This document shows, in pieces, positions 24,212 through 32,000 of a stretch of DNA of 32,000 nucleotides (positions are counted from its first letter, which is position 1; every line of letters starts with the position of its first letter). This DNA is from Nitrosococcus oceani ATCC 19707. GTDB lineage: Bacteria; Pseudomonadota; Gammaproteobacteria; Nitrosococcales; Nitrosococcaceae. Under the pieces are notes generated by a model. That model did no database searches. It was not told the origin of the DNA and saw only the letters and a list, made by a program, of their open reading frames with translations. Location of the stretch: NCBI RefSeq assembly GCF_000012805.1, contig NC_007484.1, positions 900,001 through 932,000 of the forward strand. The letters are read 5' to 3'. Both the position numbers and the translations under genes were made by a program.

Positions 24212-27200
24212 ATGGCTCCATCCTTCGTTCACCTTCGTCTGCATACTGAATATTCCTTAGTGGATAGTCTGGTGCGGATCCGCCCCCTTATCCAGGCTAC
24301 CAGTGAAGCGGGTATGCCAGCGGTGGCTGTGACTGATCAGAGCAATGTGTTTGCAATGATCAAATTCTACCGCGCTGCTCAGGCCGCGGGGGTAAAACCT
24401 ATTATTGGTGCCGATATTTTTCTCGTGGGTTCAGGAGAACACAGCCGGGTTAGCCGATTTACCTTGCTCTGCCAAAATGAGCTAGGCTACCGTAATTTAT
24501 CAAGCTTGCTCTCTCGTGCCTATAGGGAAGGTCAATATCAAGGTATCCCCCGGTTGCAGTGGGATTGGCTACAAAATTTGAATGATGGTTTGATTATCCT
24601 TTCCGGAGGCAGGGAAGGCGATGTGGGTCAGGCTTTGTTGGCTGGCAACGATATCCAGGCCGGAAAATTGCTGGAACGATGGCAAGCTCTCTTTCCAGGA
24701 CGTTATTATTTGGAGTTGCATCGTACCGGCAGAGAAGGTGAGGAAGATTATCTCCATGCAGCTATAGCACTCGCTTTAGCTCGTGATACTCCTGTTGTGG
24801 CAACCAATGATGTTCGATTTCTCAGACCCCAGGACTTTGAAGCCCATGAAGCTCGGGTTTGTATTCATGAAGGGCGGACCTTAAACGATCCGCGCCGTCC
24901 TCGCCATTATAGTGAGCAACAGTATTTGCGAACGCCCTCGGAAATGACGGAGTTATTTGCGGACCTGCCTGAAGCTCTGGAGAATACGGTAGAGATCGCC
25001 CGGCGCTGTAACCTCGAACTTACGCTAGGGAAGCATTATCTTCCCAATTTTCCGGTGCCAGAGGATTTGAGCATCGAAGCATTTCTAGCAGCAGAAGCCC
25101 GCCGGGGACTGGAGCAGCGGTTAGTAAAGCTTTATCCACGGGAGGCAAAGCGGGAAACTGAGCAACCTGCTTATGAAGCACGCCTTGCAGAGGAACTGGC
25201 TGTAATTAACCAGATGGGGTTTCCAGGTTATTTCCTCATCGTCGCTGATTTTATCCGTTGGGCTAAAAAGAATGGGATTCCTGTGGGGCCAGGGCGTGGC
25301 TCAGGAGCAGGTTCCCTGGTTGCTTATGCGTTACAAATTACTGATCTAGACCCACTCGCTTTTGATCTTCTCTTTGAGCGATTTTTAAACCCCGAGCGCG
25401 TGTCCTTGCCTGATTTCGATATCGATTTCTGCATGGAGCGTCGGGATCGGGTGATCGACTATGTGAGCCATTATTATGGCCGGGATCATGTTTCCCAGAT
25501 TATTACTTACGGCAGTATGGCTGCTAAAGCAGTCGTGCGGGATGTGGGCCGGGTGTTGGGGCATCCCTATGGTTTCGTAGACCAAATTGCCAAACTTATC
25601 CCTTTCGATCTCAAGATGACTCTGGATAAGGCTCTGGCAGAGTCCGAGGGATTACGGTCCCGTTATGAAGGGGAAGAGGAAGTTCGATTCCTTATCGATT
25701 TGGCCAGAAAGCTTGAAGGATTAATCCGAAACGCGGGCAAACATGCAGGCGGGGTCGTGATCGCGCCCAAGAAATTGACTGAGTATGTTCCTTATTACTG
25801 TGAGCAGGGGGCAAGCGGGGTAGTCACCCAATTCGACAAAGATGATATTGAAACCATTGGCTTGGTCAAATTCGATTTTTTGGGTTTGCGTACGCTAACC
25901 ATCCTCGATTGGGCATTGCAGGCCATTAACCGGCAACGGACCCAGCAGGGAGAGGCTCTTCTCGATTTGGCGCTTCTTCCCATGGATGATCCAAAAAGCT
26001 ATGCGCTGCTCAAGCGCTGCGCCACAACGGCCGTGTTTCAATTGGAATCCCGTGGCATGAAGGACCTCATAAAGCGGCTTCAGCCCGATTGTTTTGAGGA
26101 TATCATTGCTTTAGTCGCCTTATTCCGACCTGGCCCCCTTCAGTCCGGCATGGTGGATGATTATATCAACCGGAAACATGGTCGCGCCCAAGTAAATTAT
26201 CCCCACCCTGCCCTTGAACCTATTCTTAAACCTACCTATGGAGTAATTGTCTATCAGGAGCAGGTGATGCAAATTGCCCAGGTTTTGGCGGGATATACCT
26301 TGGGGGAAGCTGATTTGCTGCGCCGGGCCATGGGCAAGAAAAAGCCTGAAGAAATGGCCGAACAACGGGCTATTTTTACAGCGGGAGCGAAGGCACGCGA
26401 GGTCGATGAAAAGACAGCAACGGCCATCTTCGATCTCATGGAAAAATTTGCCGAGTATGGGTTTAATAAATCCCATTCTGCGGCCTATGCGGTAATTGCC
26501 TATCAAACAGCTTATCTTAAAGCCCATTACCCCGCCTCTTATATGGCGGCGGTGCTTTCCGCGGATATGGACAATACGGAAAAGGTAAAGGCATTTGTTG
26601 AGGAATGCTGGGCCATGAATTTGGATCTGCTTCCTCCTGATGTGAATGCCAGCAATTATTCTTTTTCCGCCCAGGGTGAGACTGCTATTCGCTATGGCTT
26701 AGGTGCGATTAAAGGCGTGGGAGCGGCAGCCTTGGAGGGGATTATCAAGGTGCGGGAGCGGCATGGACCTTATCAGGACCTTTTTGAATTCTGCCGCCGT
26801 ATTGATTTACGCAAAGTTAGCCGAAGAGTCCTGGAAGCCTTAATTCGGGCGGGTGCTCTGGATTCTTTGGGGGTTGAGCGGGCGACGCTAGAAGCCTCTT
26901 TAGAAACTGCTCTGGCGTTAGCGGAACAGCATTGCCGCAATGCTTCTCTGGGACAAAATGATTTATTCGGCCTTGATTTGGTATCGGAAGAGGGGGAGGC
27001 AGGGAATTATGTCGAAGTCAGGGAATGGGATAAAGAACAGCGGTTGGCGCTAGAGAAAGAGACCTTAGGGTTGTATCTCAGTGGTCATCCTATTGATTGC
27101 TACAAACAGGAGCTTAAGCAGATAGCACCCTGTCGGATAGTAGAACTTATTGATCGAGCAAATAACCGACAGAGCCGTAACCAGCAGATTGTTATAGCGG

Positions 27201-27688
27201 GCTTGGTCGGCTCTGTGCGTACTAATAAAGCACGCCAGGGGGGACGCAATGCCTTTGTAACGCTGGAGGATGGAAGTGCCCGGTTGGAGATTAAGGCCTT
27301 TGCCGAGGTTTTCGATAAATATCGGGAACGGCTACAGCTAGATCATATCGTTGTCATTGAAGGCGCGTTAAAATGGGACTCTTATGCCGATAGCACTGCC
27401 GTTACGGCGGAGAAAATCTACAGTATTGCCGAGGCCCAGGAAGTTTTCGCAAAAAGCCTGGAAATCGGATTGGATGGAACTCGCATGGGGCAAGAGGTTA
27501 TCGCCGAGTTAGCGCAGATTTTAGCACCTTTTCGGCAGGGCCGTTGTCCTGTTGCTATTGACTATCGTAATAGGATTGCCAGCGCCCGGCTCATACTGGG
27601 TGAAGAGTGGCAAGTTCGGCCTAATGAGGTGCTGCTTGCCCGTTTGCGGTTACTGCCAGGGGCGGAACATGTGCGAATAAGTTATTAG
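24212..27688 (+). CDS. dnaE: DNA polymerase III alpha subunit (DnaE, 1158 aa from ATG 24212)
   Basis: PHP domain start MAPSFVHLRLHTEYSLVDS. Also GPGRGSGAGSLVAYALQITDLDP, LPDFDIDF, FNKSHSAAYA and a C-terminal OB region. The length matches E. coli DnaE when started at 24212. The track ORF adds 13 codons from GTG 24173. Confidence 0.97.
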   Translation: MAPSFVHLRLHTEYSLVDSLVRIRPLIQATSEAGMPAVAVTDQSNVFAMIKFYRAAQAAGVKPIIGADIFLVGSGEHSRVSRFTLLCQNELGYRNLSSLLSRAYREGQYQGIPRLQWDWLQNLNDGLIILSGGREGDVGQALLAGNDIQAGKLLERWQALFPGRYYLELHRTGREGEEDYLHAAIALALARDTPVVATNDVRFLRPQDFEAHEARVCIHEGRTLNDPRRPRHYSEQQYLRTPSEMTELFADLPEALENTVEIARRCNLELTLGKHYLPNFPVPEDLSIEAFLAAEARRGLEQRLVKLYPREAKRETEQPAYEARLAEELAVINQMGFPGYFLIVADFIRWAKKNGIPVGPGRGSGAGSLVAYALQITDLDPLAFDLLFERFLNPERVSLPDFDIDFCMERRDRVIDYVSHYYGRDHVSQIITYGSMAAKAVVRDVGRVLGHPYGFVDQIAKLIPFDLKMTLDKALAESEGLRSRYEGEEEVRFLIDLARKLEGLIRNAGKHAGGVVIAPKKLTEYVPYYCEQGASGVVTQFDKDDIETIGLVKFDFLGLRTLTILDWALQAINRQRTQQGEALLDLALLPMDDPKSYALLKRCATTAVFQLESRGMKDLIKRLQPDCFEDIIALVALFRPGPLQSGMVDDYINRKHGRAQVNYPHPALEPILKPTYGVIVYQEQVMQIAQVLAGYTLGEADLLRRAMGKKKPEEMAEQRAIFTAGAKAREVDEKTATAIFDLMEKFAEYGFNKSHSAAYAVIAYQTAYLKAHYPASYMAAVLSADMDNTEKVKAFVEECWAMNLDLLPPDVNASNYSFSAQGETAIRYGLGAIKGVGAAALEGIIKVRERHGPYQDLFEFCRRIDLRKVSRRVLEALIRAGALDSLGVERATLEASLETALALAEQHCRNASLGQNDLFGLDLVSEEGEAGNYVEVREWDKEQRLALEKETLGLYLSGHPIDCYKQELKQIAPCRIVELIDRANNRQSRNQQIVIAGLVGSVRTNKARQGGRNAFVTLEDGSARLEIKAFAEVFDKYRERLQLDHIVVIEGALKWDSYADSTAVTAEKIYSIAEAQEVFAKSLEIGLDGTRMGQEVIAELAQILAPFRQGRCPVAIDYRNRIASARLILGEEWQVRPNEVLLARLRLLPGAEHVRISY

Positions 27689-27947
27689 CTTATTCCTCAA
27701 TATGTCTGTTTTTAGCGACAGAATTTTCTGCTTTTTTCAGCCTGGCCCAGAAATTTGGTAGTTAAAATAATATGGCCTCTATTTTGCTTGCTCTATAATT
27801 AAACTACTATAATCTTTCTCAATATATTTAGTGTTACCACCACTTCGCTTAATTTTGCAACAGAGCTCAAAGACTTTCAGGCACCCAAAGGTAGAATTAT
27901 GGCGATCTCTGGGAACAGCGCTCTATGAACGGGATAAATCGCTGAAT

Positions 27948-28931
27948 ATGCCTATACTGGTGGTTGATGATGACGAAGATCTTGCCCACTTGCTTGCACT
28001 CCGCCTTCAGTTAGTGGGAGGCTATGAAGTATGCTTGGCCCATTCTGCATCGGCCGCTTTTGAGCGACTTGGCATACAGGGTACAGAGGCGGCCGCCAAT
28101 ATCGATCTAATTTTGATGGATGTGGAACTACCGGGAATTAATGGAATCGAAGCCTGTCGCCGTTTAAAAAGCCACCCTCTAGGGCAAGATATCCCGGTCA
28201 TCATGATTACTGGCCATGATGACCAGGGGAGCTTGGAGGCAGCATTTGAGGCTGGCGCCGTGGATTATGTGACTAAACCTTTTGATAACGCTAGCCTCAT
28301 GGCGAGGGTTCGTTCTGCCTTGCGTTTAAAGAAAGAAATTGGGGTTCGCAAGCAGCGGGAGCAGGAGTTATTGGATTTAACCTATCGCCTAGAGGCGGCT
28401 AATGAGCAACTGCGCCAGCTAACCTCTCTTGATGATTTGACTGGAATCGCTAACCGGCGACAATTCGAGGTGACCATTCATCAAGAGTTTCAGCGTGCGA
28501 TGCGCAATAAGACTGTGCTCTCGCTGATCATGATCGACATTGATAACTTTAAGGTTTATAACGACATTTATGGTCATCAGACTGGGGATAGTTGCTTGCG
28601 CCGGGTGGCGGCAGCTCTGGATTCTGTGCTTAAGCGGCCCAATGACTTGCTTGCCCGTTACGGGGGAGAAGAATTTGCTGTTATTCTTCCAGAGACTGGA
28701 AGTAAAGGCGCTAGCAATATAGCTGAAAGCTTGCGCCAGGCGGTAGAAATTCTAAAAATCCCTCATTCTTATGCTTCCCAAAATAATTTGCGAGTCACCG
28801 TCAGCTTAGGGGTAGCCACCCTTATCCCTCAGCGCGGCGATGAACCTACTAAACTTATTTCCATAGCGGACCAAGCTCTGTATCAATCTAAGCATGCCGG
28901 GCGCAATCAAGTATCCGTAGCTGTTATCTAA
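27948..28931 (+). CDS. Response regulator with receiver domain, coiled-coil linker and GGDEF diguanylate cyclase domain (WspR/PleD-like architecture)
   Basis: The REC domain has [11 protein letters not shown], the phospho-acceptor context [11 protein letters not shown], and DYVTKPF. The heptad-like linker is [27 protein letters not shown]. The active site GGEEF has an intact I-site RPND five residues upstream. The REC domain begins exactly at ATG 27948, so the track ORF extension to 27831 is unlikely to be translated. Confidence 0.92.
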   Translation: MPILVVDDDEDLAHLLALRLQLVGGYEVCLAHSASAAFERLGIQGTEAAANIDLILMDVELPGINGIEACRRLKSHPLGQDIPVIMITGHDDQGSLEAAFEAGAVDYVTKPFDNASLMARVRSALRLKKEIGVRKQREQELLDLTYRLEAANEQLRQLTSLDDLTGIANRRQFEVTIHQEFQRAMRNKTVLSLIMIDIDNFKVYNDIYGHQTGDSCLRRVAAALDSVLKRPNDLLARYGGEEFAVILPETGSKGASNIAESLRQAVEILKIPHSYASQNNLRVTVSLGVATLIPQRGDEPTKLISIADQALYQSKHAGRNQVSVAVI

Positions 28932-29005
28932 GAAAAACTGATTTAGATAATTGGTATCAAGCAAGGAACGTTGCCGTTTTTTCAATTTTTAGGTGCCGCC
29001 GTACC

Positions 29006-29974
29006 ATGAAAATTAAAATGAAAATGAATTTTCTAGATTTTGAACAACCCATTGCCGAACTTGAGGCTAAAATCGAGGAGTTACGCTTTGTTGGTGATGA
29101 TGCCAAGTTAAATATTTCGGAAGAAATTCAACGTCTCAAAGCTAAAAGCAAGACATTAACCGAATCAATTTTTGGCTCTCTTACCGATTGGCAGATTGTG
29201 CAATTGGCTCGGCACCCCCAGCGTCCCTATACGCTGGATTATATCAATCAACTTTTCACCAGTTTCGAGGAACTCCATGGCGATCGGAGTTTTGCCGATG
29301 ATAAGGCTATTCTAGGAGGGGTGGCGCGCTTGGAAGGAAGGCCGATAGTCGTCATTGGACATCAGAAAGGCCGGGGCACCAAGGAAAAGGTAGCCTGTAA
29401 TTTTGGTATGCCCCGCCCCGAGGGCTATCGTAAGGCTTTGCGGCTAATGCAGCTGGCGGAACGTTTTAAGTTGCCAGTGTTGACATTCATTGATACGCCG
29501 GGCGCTTATCCAGGTATTGATGCGGAGGAACGGGGCCAAAGCGAGGCGATTGCCCGCAATCTATATGTGATGGCGGGGTTAAAGACCCCGATTATAGCGA
29601 CAGTGATTGGAGAGGGCGGCTCTGGGGGGGCGCTTGCGATTGGCGTGGGTGATCGAATCTTCATGCTCGAGTACAGCATCTATTCTGTGATTTCTCCGGA
29701 GGGCTGCGCTTCTATTTTATGGAAAAGCGCGGATAAAGCGCCATATGCGGCGGAAACGCTAGGGATTACTTCAAAACGTCTTAAAGATCTAGATCTCATT
29801 GACCGTATTATTAATGAGCCTTTAGGGGGCGCCCATCGGAATGTGGAAGCAATGGCGGAGAAGCTTAAGCATGCCTTAAATGAGCAATTAGATTATTTAA
29901 GCGAATTGCCTGTGGACAAATTATTGGAACAGCGCCAGCAGCGGCTTAGAAATTATGGCCAATTCCAGGAATAA
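29006..29974 (+). CDS. accA: Acetyl-CoA carboxylase carboxyltransferase alpha subunit (AccA)
   Basis: [19 protein letters not shown] is nearly identical to the E. coli AccA N-terminus. Also [23 protein letters not shown] and [15 protein letters not shown] lies 10 nt before ATG 29006. In-frame ATGs at 29018 and 29024 are alternative starts. Confidence 0.95.
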   Translation: MKIKMKMNFLDFEQPIAELEAKIEELRFVGDDAKLNISEEIQRLKAKSKTLTESIFGSLTDWQIVQLARHPQRPYTLDYINQLFTSFEELHGDRSFADDKAILGGVARLEGRPIVVIGHQKGRGTKEKVACNFGMPRPEGYRKALRLMQLAERFKLPVLTFIDTPGAYPGIDAEERGQSEAIARNLYVMAGLKTPIIATVIGEGGSGGALAIGVGDRIFMLEYSIYSVISPEGCASILWKSADKAPYAAETLGITSKRLKDLDLIDRIINEPLGGAHRNVEAMAEKLKHALNEQLDYLSELPVDKLLEQRQQRLRNYGQFQE

Positions 29975-29983
29975 GCCCTTAAT

Positions 29984-31312
29984 ATGGGTTTTTCAGCCGG
30001 CCATTTGTTTGAAATTCTCCAACAATTATCTTCTTGTCACGGTTACCGGGTAGCCTACAGCGGCGGGCTGGATTCTCAAGTATTACTCTACAGCTTGGTG
30101 CAGTTGAGTCCTAAATTGCCGGGAAGCCTTATTAGCGCTATTCACATAGATCACGGGCTGCACCCCCGCTCTGAAGAATGGTCTCTCCATTGCCGTGAAA
30201 GCTGCGCCGCATTAGGGGTTGGGTATGAGGAGGTCAAGGTAAATGCCCATCCGAGAAAAGGAGAAAGCCCCGAGGCAGCTGCCCGTGAGGCCCGCTATGG
30301 CGCGCTTCGGCGCCGGATAGCCCTAGGAGAATGCCTGCTAACCGCCCAGCATCAGGATGATCAAGTCGAAACCCTCTTGCTGCAACTTCTGCGAGGGGGA
30401 GGACCTGCTGGGTTGGCGGCCATGGCAAAAGCGGCGCCGTTTGGGCAGGGCCGATTACTGCGTCCTTTACTTTCTTTCTCCCGATCTGAATTAAAGATCT
30501 ATGCGGAACAGGAGGGCTTAGTTTGGGTTGAAGATCCCAGTAATTTTGATCTCGAGTTTGATCGTAATTACCTGCGCCATAAAATTTTACCCTTACTATG
30601 GCAGCGTTGGCCAGGGTTAGGCCGGACCTTGTCTCGGGCCGCATTTCATCAGGCTGACGCCGCTTGGTTGCTCGACCAACAGGCCCAACGGGAACTGGTT
30701 GCAGTTAGCGCCGGTAAACAGGGACTTTCAGTGCAGGCGCTCCAAGCGTTAGCGCCGCCCCAGCGGCGCAATTCCCTGCGCTATTGGTTTAAACAGATGC
30801 AACTGCCTCTTCCTGATAGCATTCATTTACAGCGTATTCTGGAGGAAGTTTTGCCTGCTCCCGAGGATGCCCAGCCTCTGGTTGCCTGGCCGGGAGCAGA
30901 GCTTCGGCGTTACCGCGACCGCCTATATGCCCAGAAACCTCTGCCTCCCCATGATGCGGCGGAGATTTTGGTTTGGGAGGGAGTCGAGCCTTTGGTATTG
31001 CCTGCTGGGGTTGGCGGGGTATTGGTTCCTAAACGGACCCGAGGGCTGGGTTTGGATGCAATGCGGCTGCGGCAAAATCCCATGACCGTTCGCTTCCGCC
31101 AGGGTGGGGAACGTATTCGCTTGGTAGAGCGAGGTTATCGCCGCTCCCTGAAAAAAATTCTCCAAGAGCGGGGGATTCCCCCCTGGCAACGGACCCGTAT
31201 TCCGATGGTCTATGTGGGCGATAAGCTTGCCTTTGTGGCTGGAATTGGCGTTGATTGGGATTTTGCTGCCGCGCCTGGGGAAGCAGGAATCGTTATCGAA
31301 TGGATTCTTTAA
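29984..31312 (+). CDS. tilS: tRNA(Ile)-lysidine synthase (TilS, 442 aa)
   Basis: PP-loop motif VAYSGGLDSQVLL. Also TAQHQDDQVETLLLQLLRG and a C-terminal TilS substrate-binding-type region (GERIRL...SLKKILQERGIPPWQR). Position after accA follows the synteny of other gammaproteobacteria. Confidence 0.92.
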   Translation: MGFSAGHLFEILQQLSSCHGYRVAYSGGLDSQVLLYSLVQLSPKLPGSLISAIHIDHGLHPRSEEWSLHCRESCAALGVGYEEVKVNAHPRKGESPEAAAREARYGALRRRIALGECLLTAQHQDDQVETLLLQLLRGGGPAGLAAMAKAAPFGQGRLLRPLLSFSRSELKIYAEQEGLVWVEDPSNFDLEFDRNYLRHKILPLLWQRWPGLGRTLSRAAFHQADAAWLLDQQAQRELVAVSAGKQGLSVQALQALAPPQRRNSLRYWFKQMQLPLPDSIHLQRILEEVLPAPEDAQPLVAWPGAELRRYRDRLYAQKPLPPHDAAEILVWEGVEPLVLPAGVGGVLVPKRTRGLGLDAMRLRQNPMTVRFRQGGERIRLVERGYRRSLKKILQERGIPPWQRTRIPMVYVGDKLAFVAGIGVDWDFAAAPGEAGIVIEWIL

Positions 31313-31388
31313 AATCCCTGGCATTGAGGAAAAGCGGGGATTCTGTTAGCTTATATAGTTGTTCTGCGGTTACTCCCATCATATTTAA

Positions 31389-32000
<612 letters not shown>

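Noticed and set aside
26120-26527. 135-aa minus-strand ORF inside dnaE
   Set aside because: It is antisense to the most conserved part of DnaE. No motif.
30234-31324. 136-aa and 133-aa minus-strand ORFs inside tilS
   Set aside because: They are antisense to tilS, with spurious-frame composition.

Overview
This window reads as ordinary chromosomal core sequence from a gammaproteobacterium-like genome of roughly 50% GC. I cannot assign a species from sequence alone. I support 26 protein-coding genes.

Two of them are absent from the supplied ORF track because they run off the window edges:
- a FadJ/FadB-like gene at 1-1782 (-)
- pyrG at 31404-32000 (+)

Gene content, left to right:
- fadI-fadJ-type beta-oxidation pair
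- a low-GC islet carrying a plant/bacterial-type glutaminyl cyclase
- the GlgE / TreS-Pep2 alpha-glucan pair
- a small hypothetical gene plus a secreted cupin
- a stand-alone PomA/PomB-type flagellar stator pair with a sigma-28-like promoter
- an orphan YqeC-like protein
- a minus-strand run glcF -> FecB/BtuF-type ABC importer (SBP, ATPase, permease) -> DUF427 -> fpr
- a methionine-gamma-lyase-like PLP enzyme
- sohB
- glcE
- a small putative lipoprotein
- the conserved housekeeping block dnaE-(REC-GGDEF insertion)-accA-tilS-pyrG

I found no rRNA, tRNA, CRISPR array, transposase, integrase or recognisable defence or toxin module.

I did not find a compelling novel multi-gene system. The best candidates for a second look are:
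- an unexplained GC-rich, ORF-poor ~200-nt block in the long untranslated gap upstream of glgE
- the split glycolate-oxidase genes, with glcF tightly coupled to an ABC importer
- the orphan YqeC-like gene
- the REC-GGDEF gene wedged into the dnaE-accA synteny
- several exact short repeats and palindromes in intergenic DNA

All functional calls come from motif recognition by eye. No database search was run.
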